Under the pieces are notes generated by a model. That model was not told where the DNA came from. It made no database searches and was given only the letters and a program-made list of their open reading frames with translations. From contig NW_024704742.1 of NCBI RefSeq assembly GCF_018977255.1, positions 37,078,001 through 37,142,000 on the forward strand: DNA of 64,000 nt, in the 5' to 3' direction. Positions 49,438 through 63,090 of this stretch are shown one piece after another. The position numbers and the translations under genes were made by a program. How positions within the stretch are numbered: the first letter of the stretch is position 1; each line of letters begins with the position of its first letter. This DNA comes from Callorhinchus milii (taxonomy: Eukaryota).

Positions 49438-50142
49438 AATCTCCTGAGAGAAAAGCTACAACTTATCCAATCTTCCTTGATTAAAATTTTTTAGCTCAAA
49501 GCTATTTTTCTGTTGTGTACAGAATTCAAGAATAAAGGACAATGGATTTTAAGAATAAACTCGTCAAGTTCCTGCCAACTAAAGCGATTCCTGGTTATTA
49601 TATCTAAAGATATCTACATCAAAAGAAATTTGTGGAAAATTGGATTGTAGGTTAGGTGGGCTAATGGTCCACTTCTGCTTGAAATTGTTACTGAATATTT
49701 CAGCAAGTCTAGAAACCTTCATCCTGTAAACCAAACAATCCCATACCAAACCAATGTACAAGCAGCAAAGAGAAGATGAAAACATGGCTGAGATGCTTAG
49801 CAATCTGCTGCAGTAGGAATATTGCAGCCTGTGCAAATCCACGCAACCCTCTGCATGCTTTGAAACAGAATTCAGAGATAAAATGTAAATGAGGTTGATA
49901 GAAGGTTGGTACATGTTATTTCGGTATGTGTTATCATCTGATAATCAAAATAAACTGCAGTCACCTGCCTGAAATCAGTGACTATGAAGTGTATTTTTGT
50001 GTGTGTTCAGTAAGGGTGAATGTAGCTCACATCAGTTCAAGGTATCACCAGAGTAGGCAAAGTAAAACAACAACAACTTGCATTTATATAGTGCCCTTCA
50101 CATGGGGCAGTGTCTCAAAGCACTTGAAACAGAACAATGAAG

Positions 50143-50570
50143 GAGGGTCAGCCAGGTGTCAGACACTTGCGCTTACCTGTGACTATGCTTAAGATTATTC
50201 AAACCAGGCTGAAAGTTCCACATATACGTTTGCCACCTTGCATCAAAATGTTCCTGTGTCTAGAATGAAATGTGCACTTTCTAGCTGGAGGAACACACCT
50301 TGCTTGCCTAATTCCTTAGACACAGGTTAACAGAAATTGGCATGTTTAGGGACTGCAGTTGGGTATTGCTAGAATCTAATCAGCTAAAGCTTGCCATTCA
50401 GAGCACTGTCTGGCAAGCTTCCCACAGCAAGGACCAACCTACCCTTTACATCTTTGGCTTGCAGGGTTAATATGAACTGAGTGGGAAAAATCTCTGCTCT
50501 CAGTGATCAGTCCTGCTGACAAGCCAGACTGGCTGGTCTGTTAACAGCAGTGCCTTGAAGTACTGCAGAC
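50143..50570 (-). mobile_element. Diverged LF-SINE-like copy
   Basis: TCAGCCAGGTGTCAGACAC, TGTCTGGCAAGCTTCCCAC and CTTTGGCTTGCAGGGTTAA occur in the same order as their counterparts in 24940-25390. Confidence 0.75.
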
Positions 50571-51310
50571 CTAATTGGTTTTGGTGATGGTATTTAGTAC
50601 ATTCAATAGCTGTGTCACAAATAAACCAGACAGCCACACCAGGCTAAAGTGCAATATCCTCTCTGTATTCCTGGACAATACAGGAAATGAATGAGAAGAT
50701 TCTTTGTAATTCACTGGTCGCTACTTACCCCAACCTAAGGGCAATGAAGTCCTATGCTAAGCATAGCAAGACTGTAGCCTTATTTGCTATATATTAGAAA
50801 AAGAAACAAAGAAAAATAGTGCAAAATGTATGCACTTAGCATTGCTAAGTAAAATGGTAGCTGGAATGCAGAAAATCTATTTTGGTTCAATGTGATACAT
50901 TTGCAATTTGCCACACTCAAAAGGATCAAAGCAATAAACCTTGTGAGTAGCAGGATTTCCATTGCAATGTTTAATACCATTCTCAGTCTCATTGGGGAGC
51001 TGTGATTTTTTTTATCCAATCACCTTCTCATGTCATAAGCTGATGAGACTGAATGGCATGATTATTTCGCAGGAACATACAGCAAGCTAGCAAACACTTA
51101 AATCTATTTGTTTCTATTTAATGCCATTTTGTTATATTCCGTAATCCTTTGAAGAATAGACAGTAACACAGCTCCTTTAAGTTAGAATCAAAAATGGATT
51201 TTGGATCATGCATCCTATCTATTACTGTGATACTTTAATAATAATAATTGTTGTATTTGATATAGCACCTTATCATGTATTAAACGTCTCAATCTAACTG
51301 TAAAGTGATT

Positions 51311-51646
51311 TGTGGAATCCCGTAACGTAATGGTTAGTGCACTTGCCTCACAAACCAGCGGACCTGCGTTTGATTCCCGGGGGGAGGCGGGGGGGGGGGG
51401 GGGCAAAACCTTGATCAAGTTTCCTTACTCCACATGCCTCTGTTTAGCTAACAGTAAGTAGGAACCCAGTTGTTCGTCAAATAGCGGATTCCTTAAAAAA
51501 ATAACTTGGTCACTCAATCCACGACTGTTTCTGGGACACTGCTATACGCAATTGGCTGCCACGTTTCGGCCACAAAATGCACAGTCACTCCACTTTACAG
51601 TATATTCTGCAAGTATATAAATGCAAGGATTATTATTATTATTATT
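51311..51646 (+). mobile_element. tRNA-Ala SINE, long form, diverged
   Basis: TGTGGAATCCCGTAAC head; CAAGTTTCCTTACTCCACATGCCTCTGTTTA; (ATT)n tail. Confidence 0.85.
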
Positions 51647-52573
51647 GACTGTATATTTGTGGACAAAATGAAGGCTATGTATTTACATGCATAATACATA
51701 GCTACCAACACACTGTTTACACACATACACAAGCACATGTTTACACATGATTTATATCACAGATATCTCTTTACCTGGTTATATTTTGAGATTGTTCCTT
51801 AACATTTCTCTCACGTGTATAAATTGCCTCTGTTAAGGTTTTTTCATGATTATTTTCTCCTCTCCAGAAAGCAATGGTTTATGCTGGCGTGTGGTAACAG
51901 GTGCAAAGCCTCAGGCATCTTTGCCCCAGTGTCTTTCCTACATGTGTGAGACGAGTTAGTGAGTGTTTGTGCATTGCTCAGTTGTAGTGGGAATCCTAAC
52001 AGAGGAAAATCCTGCCCTAACCATCCAAAACTATGCAATTAACAGCATAAATTGCTCTCAGCAGCTAAACGCTGCCCTATTATTCTCTCCCCAGCTTGGA
52101 GATGTATGGAACTCACTACTGTATACAGATCCAACTAGTAAGGCTTGCTAAAAGCAGCAACTGGGATCCTTCTGGTCTATATGACTCAATGATACAACTG
52201 AACTACTAGGAAAACTATATAATTTTACTCTATTCCATAGAAAATAAATCAGCAAAATCTTTACATAAAAATAAATAAGTTACTATTATATTAGCATATA
52301 TGGGTTTGTCTAATCCTGTATTCCAACCTTACTGAAGTCTAGTTGTTTTATATAATACAATGCGGTGAGAATTGTGGTATATGATGTGTTAAATATTGTC
52401 AGTGATAGTTATCATGCCACTCACTGCAAAAACAAGAGATTTTTGTCTTTTCAAGATTCATCTCTGTTAGGGACCCACATTTACTCCAGCTTTACCTGAC
52501 CCATTGTGTTGTTCACATAACATTGTTGTACACTATACATTAACCAGGATACTTGCTGCACCATGGTATTCTG

Positions 52574-52591
52574 TAGTGCCATCTCGTGGCG
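52574..52591 (-). promoter_or_regulatory. Candidate CTCF site
   Basis: The - strand reads CGCCACGAGATGGCACTA, matching the CCACNAGRTGGCRC core. Confidence 0.55.
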
Positions 52592-53919
52592 TAATAATGC
52601 CATTATTAAATTTGCAGTAAAAATAATACACCCTCAAATTTTAAAGCGATAGCTATTTATTTTTCCTCTGTGTTCACTTCATGGCTATTTGAGGGATATC
52701 ACTGTGTCAAATTTATTGCCTCATTTGCTTCTGAATATACAATCAGTACACTTTACAGTAAAATGCTATGAAGCGTTTTGAGTTGTCTCGACGTGATAAA
52801 GTGCTATATGAAATGTAAGGATTATTATTATTACTGTTATTATTATTTCCTTTCTTGTCCCTATCCTCCCCTCACCTTCTTCTGCCCACCCACACCCCAC
52901 CCCTCTTCAGCTCCCCCCTCATTAACCAGCTCAGGTACCCAGTCAACCAAGCAAGGTCTTTGAGACCTCCTCTCAACATGAAAGGCGTTGTATACATATA
53001 AATACATACATACATGACATATAAATGTAAATTGTATTATTGCAGTGTATTTAATTGATCACATTTTGGTTGCGCTCTCAGCACCTTTAGTTTCTTCCTC
53101 AGAGACCAAATAGATCCCAGTCGTCTGCCAATACTGCTCTGTAATTTCATGAATCCTGGCTCCAATGGTCCAGCCTTGATCAGAGAACATGAAGTGAACA
53201 ATAATACAGCTTGATTAGTAAATAAAGGCCCTGATGTAGAACAAGGCTACATAGATCAGAACATTTCAGATTCCATTGCAGGTTAATCTTAAAGGTTCTC
53301 CCCTGATACTGTGTCAATTAACTATGGCAAAAAATAATTGGACAAGTAACTGCTTGGGAATAGTGCTGGAAGTTATAGGGTTATGTGTTCCTGGGAGAGG
53401 AGGAAAGACAGGCTTTGAGAAGAAAGGGATTTATCTGTGGAGGGAAGGTGCACGGGATTAAATATTGGATATGTTGGGAGGAATGCTGGAGTGTTTACTC
53501 ATGAACTGTACTTAGTTTTGGAAAACAAGCCATTTGTGGAACAATCTGGAATTTGTGTTTGATTGATTAGATCAGCATCTGTACAGAAGTTTCTGTTTCC
53601 TAGGAGATCGAGAGGTGGGCAGAGGCCATGAAAGGATTAGCTTTGATTGTTTTGATTACCATTTTTTCATTTCACACATTCTTACGTTCTTAAACCAACA
53701 TCTAGATGATCTACCATCTGCAATCATACATAGCAAACAACTGTATATTCTCTTAGTGTTCCTTTGCAGTGCTTTTTTCTTATTGTGCCAGACAAGAGAG
53801 GAAATGGCTGTTTAAATTATGGGCTCTCTGTTAAAGCAATTTCCTTATTCACTGGGCTACCCTTCACTTTTAATGCATTAATGGATTGATACTCTGACAA
53901 TTCAGATAATGCAAATATC

Positions 53920-54916
53920 TATATGATGTTGCCTCCACCTCTGCTTTCTCTGCCTCCACCCTCAACTCCAGGACTACTGGTGTCCTGACCAACTGCCTGT
54001 CCGACATCAAGTCCTAGACGAGGGATAACTTTCTCCAGCTGAAGGTCAGCAAGACCGAGGCCCTCCTGATTGACTCGCGCCAGCGTCTCCGCACCTTGGG
54101 CGCTGGCAGCATCAGTATCCACGGCTGCACATTCAACCTCACTAAGCCAGTCAGGAACCTGGGTGTTTTGTTTGGCCTTGAACTGTCCTTTCTCCTCCAC
54201 ATCCGCGCCATGACCGGCACTGCCTACCACCACCTCTGCAACATTTCCAGACTCCGCTACTGCCTTATCCCTCAGGCTGCCGAAACCCTCACCCACGCAT
54301 TCATCACATCAAGGCTCGATTATGGAAAATCCCTCCTCATTGGCCTTCCCAACTCTTCCCTTCACAAGCTGCAGATCATCCCAAACTCTGCAGCTTGTGT
54401 ACCCTCGCGCACCAGGTTCCGTGACCCTACACTCCCACCCTCGCCTGACTTCGCTAGTCCCCATCCCTCAGAGGATCGAATTCAAGATCCTCGTCCTCAC
54501 TTTCAAAGCCATCCATGGCCTTGACGTCTCCTACCTCTCTGACCTGCTGACTCCCTACCAACCTGCCCGCTCCCTCCGTTCAGTGGACTCCAGCCTGCTC
54601 CATGTCTCCTGCCCAACCCATCCTATCATCGGGGTGGCCGAGATTTCAGCCTCTCTGCACCCACACACTGGAACTCCATCCCACAGTCCCTTTGCCTCAC
54701 TTCCTCCCTTGCCTCCTTCAAGGACGGTCTCAAGACCCTCCTGTTCGATCGTGCCTTCGGTCGCCCTCCCACCTCTCAGCTTTCCCTCACCCCTCCCCCA
54801 CCCCTTACCCCCTACTCCCCTCCCATGCTCGGGTCCTGACCCCTGACTGTCCAGCGCCTTGGGATGTCCTCCCGATGTGAAAGCACTCTATAAATGTAAT
54901 TTTGTTGTTGTTGTTG
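53920..54916 (+). mobile_element. Longest L2 copy (~1 kb; RT C-terminal half to tail)
   Basis: LTKPVRNLGVLF...HAFITSRLDYG...IPQRIEFKILVLTFKAIHG; frameshifted; (TTG)n tail. Confidence 0.95.
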
Positions 54917-55187
54917 ATGCTGCTAACTGACACTTTAGACTGATAAAGGTTCCTGAAGCTTTCAGAACTGTTCTCAGTTAACTCAGAACTGACAGAACAG
55001 CAAATCAAAGAATTGCTCAAAATATCTAGAGAAATCTGTGATAACAGTGAAGTTGATAAATAGTGATCTGTTGCAAATATATTGATTTTACGTGTTCTTC
55101 CACAAAACTAGGAAACAGCAATGTCACTACTTTAAAAAACATTTTGCATTTGTTAATTTGTTTTCCAAAGATGATAACGATGATAGT

Positions 55188-55460
55188 AATAATAATAATA
55201 ATAATGATCCTTCATTTGGTATAGCACCTTTCACATCGGGAGGTACGTCAAGGTACTTCACGGGATTTACTGTGAATTGGAATGACTGTGGATATGAAAC
55301 GAACACCCACAGCAATGCCTCACAAACAGTGATGAAGTGAGTGACCAATTTTATTTGGGGGATTGTCACCAAGAGAAATTCCCCTCTCTTTTTTGAATAG
55401 TGCCATGAGATATTTGATGTCCACCTGAACAGACAGGAACTCGGTTTAATGTCTCATCAG
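55188..55460 (-). mobile_element. Deu-SINE fragment
   Basis: (AAT)n tail; GTGCCATGAGATATTTGATGTCCACCTGAAC...CTCGGTTTAATGTCTCATC. Confidence 0.8.
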
Positions 55461-58011
55461 AAGATGTGTACCAAAGTGAAAGTACCGGGTTGGGTTTGCA
55501 GAGGGAGCTGCTGCACTCGTTTTTATTTGTTTGTTTGTTTGTTTCTTTCTTTTTTTCTTTATCCCCTGGATAAATAAATGAAGTTTATCCCAGGCATCAG
55601 CAGCCTTGAGCTCCATGGGAACCACTTCTATTTGAAATATGCTCTAAGTGCTCTGGAACCCTACCCTGCATGACGGTCTTGATATAAATGCAAGTTGTTA
55701 TTGTTGTTGTTGAACTAGTCTCAAGCACAGTAGTCTAAAAGGTAAATGTGATATATTTGCACGCAGGAGTCATGTAGTGTAGTGCGAAAAAATTAATTAT
55801 TTGAAAATAACTAAGAACATTTAAACTAAGAACTTTAATGTTTGCCAGGCACTAGTGATTAGTGAATAATGAGGCTTTAAAGTGGCTAATTTGGATGAAT
55901 AATTATCATATCAGCATTTACAAAAGTGCACATTTAAATTATTTAGATCTGTTTAATTGTTCATTGTACCCACACACAGCAAAACACATGCATAGGGATT
56001 ATTCTTATAATACGCTGAACAGATTAGGGGAAGAATTCTCAGTGGGGGGGCGCACTGATAAAATATTCCATAGATACATCTAAATGTAGTTGGAAAATGA
56101 AACAAGAGTGAAAAGAATTGATCCTTAATGTTGATATCTTATTGGCTGTATTCATTGTAAATCACATTTCTGTTCTGTGGACAATAAGACTTTAGTTACT
56201 TGATTTTAGTTAAATAAAAGTAAATTAATAAAAGATCAGCATTGGTGTATGTTTTATTTTATTGAAAGCAACATTTAGCTGTATTTGTCAATATGATTTC
56301 TATTTAATTGTTTAGATTAAATCTCATCGCCCTAGTTCTCCTTGGGTCAAGCATTGCTGTGCTCAACTCCCCCCACTCCCTGCCCCCCACCCCCTTGCCC
56401 TCCACCCCTCTATGATCCCAACCCGCAGCTCGGGTTCAAACCCCCATTGTCCAGTGCCTTGGGACGTCCTCCCCATTGTGAAAGGTGCTACATAAATGCA
56501 ATCAGTTGTTGTTGTGTCTATATTATTGATCCCTCCTGGTAGGGAATTTGCTATTTGAAGGTCTCACCTGCATATCCATTCCAATGTGTCTGATGTTGAG
56601 GGACCATCAGCAGACTAATGCACAATAGAAATTGGCAGCTGCACTTGGAGCAGAGCAGCAGTCATGGTGCTTGTTGCCTTTGACAGCTCCTTCTGTCAGT
56701 CACTGATGCAAAGCTAACTGTTGCCACAGTCCAATTTGGAGCTCTTAGACTGCTCCATAGTGATATGTTCTGGATTTTGACCTGCTCAAGGCCATGATTG
56801 CATAATAGTCTGTTTCTGCAAGGCGCCCGAAGCCTCCAGAATACAGATGTCTGCGTTTTTTTTGCCCCTGACTATTAGTTTAATATTTATATTAACTAAA
56901 GAAGGAAATTTTAATGTGCTAATCACTCCAATCTATTTGTGAAGCCACTTAGTTGCAAGAACATTACTTTGTAATCTGCCTGCATTATTAACAACACACG
57001 GAATTAAAATGAACATAAAACAATGAATTCTAATAACAAATGTTGAAATTCAACCAAAACTCAGATGTCGGCTTGTTTCAATTGGTTGCTCTGAGTTGTT
57101 TGTTTGTGGGGCTAAATCTCATGTTAGGCTTGAGAGTCAGAGACGAGGCTGACACTGTAGTGCAGTGTTGGGGAGTGCTGCATTGTGGAAGGTGCTAAAC
57201 TTCCCAATGGGATGTGAAACTATGATAATGTTCAGATGAATGTTGAAGATCCCATGACACTATTCAAAGGAGTTTTCCTCAGCATCCTGGGCAATAATCC
57301 TCCAAATAAACTTGGACATTTACCTCATTAAAGTTTGTGGAACTTTGTTGTATACAAACTAGCTTCCATGTTTGTACTTTCCCATTAAAACAAAGGTCAC
57401 CATACCTGACAGGAACATCAACTTTGCCCCCATTCTCTCGAAATGTTTTCCTAAATGCCTCCACTTCACACCCTTTCTGCTTTCAACAACAACATTACAT
57501 TTGTATAACACCTTTCACGTCGGGAAGACGTCGCTTTCAAATAAGCAACGGAAAAAATTCAATGACACCTGCTGTCTTACCCTCTATTCCCACCCTCCCA
57601 AGCCTTCTCTGTCTATTGTAAAGCAGTTTGAGATGTTCTCCTATATGAAAGCTGCTAAATAGATACAAATTTCTTTAGTTGGTCACTTGGAAACTGGCTT
57701 CCAAATTAAGACTGAATTTGAGAATTTTCCAAAATACTGCAGAATCTCAAATATTAAGTCGAAATCTTTAAAGGTTCAGATCTTTTTCGAGCCAAATTTT
57801 TGAGCCTCAAAGAGCCGTCATTGGCCATCAGACAAATCGTGGAGGTGTTGTACAAAATAAAAGACAATCTAATCCAGCCCTATTCCATCGCAATGTTTTG
57901 CATTGTGATTCCCTTTTGCACTCTGAACAATACATTTCTGTTGTCATTGAATGGACAGGGATCGCTGATGCATCAAGCATTACACCCCAGTTAGCACTTG
58001 TATGTAATCAT

Positions 58012-58612
58012 GTTGAAATGTTGGGCCAGTTTCCTTACTCCACACGCCTCTGTTTAAAACACCAACAACAACAAATTTCACTTGTATAGTGCCCTTCACA
58101 TTAGAAATAATACCCCAGGACACTGGACAGTCAGGATTTTTGGATCTGAGCGGGGAGTTGGGGTCAGGAAGAGTGGAGGGCAGTGGTGTGGTGAGAGTGG
58201 GAGGGTGGCCAAAGGCATGGTCGAAGAGGAAGTTTTAGACAGGACTTGAAGGAGGCAAGAGAGGGGGTGAGGCATGGAGATTGTGGGATAGAGTTCCAGA
58301 GTGTGGGGGCAGGGATGCTGAATGCCCGACCACCAATGGTACCTGAAGCAGCTGTAAGTAGGAACCTGGTTGTTAGTCGATTGGCAGATTGCTTTTCCGG
58401 GGGTAATAATTCTTTAAAAAAAAATTAAAATTGGTCATGTCGAACCGTGACTGTTTGTGGGATGCTGCTGTGCGCAATTGGTTGCTATGTTTTGCCCACA
58501 AAATATACAGTCAGTTCACTTTACAGTATATTCTGTGAAGAGCTTTGTGACATCTCGAAGACATGATAAGGCGCTATATCAAATGCAAGGATTATTACTA
58601 TTATATTATTAT
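58012..58612 (+). mobile_element. Long-form SINE split by a - strand L2 3' fragment (~58057-58340)
   Basis: ...CCACACGCCTCTGTTTA | L2 | ACCTGAAGCAGCTGTAAGTAGGAACC... resumes the SINE. Confidence 0.88.
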
Positions 58613-60789
58613 CACTACACTTATTAGCAACCTATGGAACATCTTGCCCCATATCTAATCTCACAGGATAACCTTTTCTTGAACTTACTTTGTTGCATCT
58701 GCATCCCCAGTCACATCCCTACACTATTTACCTGCTATGTGCAGTGGAGGCCCACCAAGGATCAAAACAAAACTCCAAACCCAATTACTATTATTACTTC
58801 CTTGAAAGATGTCTTTCATTTTGAGATCAAACCTCCATAATATAATTATTCAGTTTCAGAGCTGCAAATTATTTTGCTTCAAATTTGTGTGTGTGTACGT
58901 GCCGAAGGCATTTTAGCCCTTCCCATTTGTAAGGACTTACATTAGCTGCCTGACTAATCATTGGTACGTTGTAATAACATGTACAATCCTGCTCACTGCA
59001 GTTCATCCATTTATTAAAACAATAGGTTGTAGTTGAATTTCAATGGACACACCCTGTCAAAAATAATGTTCAATATCTTACAGCTAATTCTCAATGGCTG
59101 CATTATTAGATATGTGCACTCACTCAATGTGTGTCGCATTAGTCATTCTATATCATAATGCTGGGAGTGAGAAGCTATTAACTAACGTGTAGGACATGAG
59201 TAACAGCTTATCAAGTTGTAGAAAACTGAAGAATTAAGTTTCAGGGAGTAGTAAGGGAGCTTTAGACAGTCAGACTATAAACAGCCATATTTTTTGACCA
59301 CCTGCTTCTCTTTCCTGTTACTAACCCCCAGGAATGTGAAAACATAAATATTGAGCGACACTTTTTGAAATCTAATCTGTGCCATAAAATGTGATTGGCT
59401 GATTTACACTCTGGTAAAAGTGTCACAAATTGCCTAAATTGCACAAGTTGTCAATTTATAAGAATACTGGAAGTTGAAACTGGCAACACTTTTATTTCTA
59501 GGGCAACAGAGGCTTTAGAATGGTTTAAGACAAGAGAAAGAAAAGGTAAGTGTGAGAAGTCAGGAGTTTCGAAACCCATCAATCAAACATGCGGTTTGGT
59601 TTTGTCTGAGAACAAAGAGGTGAGGTGAGAAGTCAGGAGAAATGGCCTAGCTTCAATTGTTAGTCTTACAAACTGAGAAACGATGGTAGTCAGTAACAGG
59701 TAATACATACAAAGTATTTCAAACAGTCGAGCAATCTACTCACTGACGATTTACTGGCAACATATTTAATGGCGTCTGAAAAGGGCTCTCGTACTGTGTA
59801 ACTGCTGGAAAAGTGGCCGCAATATGAACAGTGTTTCCTCCAGGAACAGTACAGCAATCAAACTGTGGCTCCGACCAGATCTTGTGTCCTTAAAAAGCTG
59901 CATACAGTACTGTGGGGGGTGGGGGGGCAACTGTTTACCTCGCAGGCTCCTTCACTGGCTGCCATTCCACAGCTAGAATAATTTGTTAGACACCAGAGTA
60001 AGAAAGTTCATTAAAAATTCCAGTCTTTAGAGAGAAGCACACAGTGCAATTGCTGTCATGTTCGGTTATAAGAATATTGATCTGGAAATTAAGTCAATTC
60101 TACTTGCTAAAACATAGAATCGCATCATCCATACTCAGTTTGAGAATGTGCAGGAATACAGGAAAAGATTCCTTAACCCCATTCAAAAGATTTATGTTTT
60201 GTGAATTAGAACCTTTGAAAAGGAGGAGAAATTTAAGCACTTTCTGTCTTTCTTAATGTAAAATCTTTCAACCCAAAGCTTAACAGCGGTTCTGAAAGAA
60301 CAAAAATGACTGAGTTAATTTAAATGGATAAATAAACTGTTTCCACTGTTTCAGCAAAATATTTTGTCCATAAGCATTGCTCTATTTCATGCAAATCAAT
60401 GTAGCATGCTGCTTTAGTCTGTGAAGCACTATCCATTCTTGGCGGTGTGGCAAATGACTACATAGATCCATTTTGTAGAACAATTACTTTGGGGTATTTT
60501 TAACCCCTCGTGTATGCGCAAAGCAAAGGCTGTTAAGCCGATGTACAAATTTCAAGATTGTAAAGGGTAAGGATTGCTCTTGCGGGACCTCTCACTTTAT
60601 AATGAGGGAAAATTATAATAGCAGCAAACAAAGCTGAGGCACATTAATTAAGTGTCTTCCTGAACCCTAAAGCAATTGCCAAATAAAAAATATGCACTCT
60701 ATTTTCAGAGAGAGAGAGAAAAGAATGTGGTCTGGTGGTTACCGTGTCATTTAGAGATACAGGGAAATTTCCATGCCACATCCATTGAT

Positions 60790-60892
60790 TTCTATACAGG
60801 TGACATATGGATGTGGAACTCTCAGTCTGATTAGGAATGCATGGTGAAGGGGTTCCACATGTGCCAGACACCTGGCTGAGTCCCCCCACTAT
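60790..60892 (+). mobile_element. LF-SINE-like repeat, 3' tip
   Basis: GCATGGTGAAGGGGTTCCACATGTGCCAGACACCTGGCTGA matches 6396-6436. Confidence 0.65.
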
Positions 60893-60946
60893 ACTCCCCC
60901 CTTCTTGCACATCAAAAAGCTTTTTGCAGGGGAAAGGGAAATATTG

Positions 60947-61310
60947 TGTGTCAGCCTGGCTCAGTTGGTAACACTCTCATCTCTGAGTCAGAAGGTTGTG
61001 GGTTCAAGCCCCACCTTAGGACTTGAATTCACATTGTTGAAGTTGACACTCCATTGCAGTGCTGGAGCTGTGGTCGGAAATCCTGTCTGCCTATTCAGAT
61101 GGATGCTAAAGATCCCATGAGCCTATTCAAAAAGAAAAGGGAGTTTATCCTGGTATCCTGGCCAACAATCTCCCAAATAAAATGGGTCATTTGTTTTATG
61201 GCTGTTTATGGAATATTACTGTGCACTATGGCTTCTGCATTAGCCTACAAAAACACAGTCACTATACTTTACAGTAAATCCTGTGAAGTGATTTGGCCTC
61301 CTGAAGTGAA
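60947..61310 (+). mobile_element. Deu-domain tRNA-SINE
   Basis: TGGCTCAGTTGGTA...GGGTTCAAGCCC head; AAAGATCCCATGA Deu core. Confidence 0.9.
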
Positions 61311-61311
61311 A

Positions 61312-61950
61312 CAACAACAACTTGGATTTATATAGCACCCTCCATGCTGGACGGTATCTCAGAGCGCTTCACAGTAACGGATCCCAGAGCTGAGCCAGGG
61401 GGAGAGGGAGGAAGGTGACCAAAGGCGTGGTCGAAAAGAAAGGTCTTCAGCCGAGACCTAAAAATAGGAAGAGAGGGAACGAGGCGAAGGGAGTGAGGAA
61501 GGGAGTTCCAGAGTCTCGGGGCGTAGTGGCTGAAGGCACGGCCGTTGAGGGTGGAGAGGAGCACTCGGGGGAGAAGGAGGAAGCCAGACCCGGTGGAGCA
61601 AAGGCAATGGGCACTGTTGTGAGGAGCGAGGAGGTCAGGGAGGTAGGGGGGTGCAGAGGAGTGGAGGGATTTGAAGACAAGGGTGAGGATCTTGAAGTCG
61701 ATCCTCTCTGGGACAGGCAGCCAGTGCAGTCTGGCAAGGACTGGGGTAAACGGGGAGTGGAGTTTGATGCGGGTAAGAATGCGGGCGGCAGAGTTTTGGA
61801 TGACCTGGATTTTGTGAATGGTAGTGGAGGGGAGACCGGCGAGGAGGGCATTTGAACAGTCCAGCTGAGAGGTGATAAAGGCATGGACCAGGGTTTCAGC
61901 GGCTTTCGGAGTGAGGGTATTGGCAGAGACGGGCGATGCATCGGAGGCAC
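61312..61950 (-). mobile_element. L2 3' fragment, second family
   Basis: GRAFSHYAPRLWNSLP...FRSRLKTFLF; tail differs from the main L2 family. Confidence 0.92.
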
Positions 61951-62269
61951 CTCACTGTACTGTGTACTTTTTTCTAAAATAACAACCTCTGGATGGCTTT
62001 GTTTGCAAGTGCAAATGCAGTACCCAGTGTAGAACTGATTCTGAACAGTAGAGACCGAGGTGGTCTCATATTTGATCCTGAGTCAGTGTTGAGTTAGCTT
62101 ACATTAGCCTGGGAAGCATTAATCGTATAGTATATCAGCATGTCTCTTGATTCGTGGGGTGGGAGGGCAAATAATCTCAGGTCTAGTTCCTGCTCCTGAT
62201 AACAATATCGACCGGATAGAGTTTTAAATCCCGCCTTGATATAGATTTAACAACAACTTGCATTTATAT

Positions 62270-63090
62270 ATGGGTCGGGAAGTTTACATGGAAGGTGAAA
62301 TTTAGGGTAGAGCGGGCTGCAATGAAGTCAGAGGAAGTGGGGAATGAGGAGTTGAGATGAAGGTTGAAGTCGTCCATGATGAGCAGGCATTCAGTACAGA
62401 GAAACAGGGATGAGAGGAGAGAGATGTCCGTGAGGAGGAAGTCAGGAGGTTTGGGGGCTGAGGGCGGTACATTAGGAGGATTTGAAGGAGAGAGAGTAGG
62501 GATGGTAGAGGGTGAGGTGCTCGAAAGAGCGGAAACAGCCAGAGGAATAAGGTAATAGGTTAAGGGAGGTTTGGGAGATGAGGGCGTGACGGTTGGGGCA
62601 GGGGGTGTGGTGGAATGTATAGCTGGGGATGGTGGGGATGCTTTGATAAGGAATTCGGGGTTGCCAGGGGGCAGCGAGGTTTCCATAAGCCCTAGGATGT
62701 CAATATCAACATCCAGGATAAGGTTGTGGACGAAGAGGGCTTTGTTTGAGAGGGAGCGGACGTTTTTGAGGGCAATGCAGGTGGGGTCGCTGATGGGGAT
62801 TGAATGCTGGGGGAGGGGTTGGGGGTTGCAGGTTGTGGGGGGAGAATGACCATGCGGTTTGAGGGTGGAGGAGAGTTGTGAAGGATGTGGATGAAGGAAG
62901 GGTTTATCATGGATGTGGGGAAGGGTCTTATGTAATGAGTGGGTGATGGGGCAGTCAGGGTGGCTGTTCTGGGACAACCAACGCCGCATGCAGTGATGAG
63001 CACAGCGAAGGATACCCAGACTGGAGCAGAGTCCAAGAATCCAGTGGATGAGTCCAGGAGAGAGAGAAAGCGAGGAGGGCGACAATAGAG
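62270..63090 (-). mobile_element. L2 ORF2 5' region (APE endonuclease), degenerate
   Basis: CIALKNVRSLSNK...DILGLMETSL (N.RSL / LTETW motifs) and LLIMDDFNLH (GDFN motif). Confidence 0.88.

Noticed and set aside
51040..51080. Hammerhead from CTGATGAG
   Set aside because: No stem II plus GAAA downstream.
62264..63085. 273-aa proline-rich host gene
   Set aside because: It is a frameshifted L2 endonuclease region; the proline richness reflects the C-rich L2 strand.
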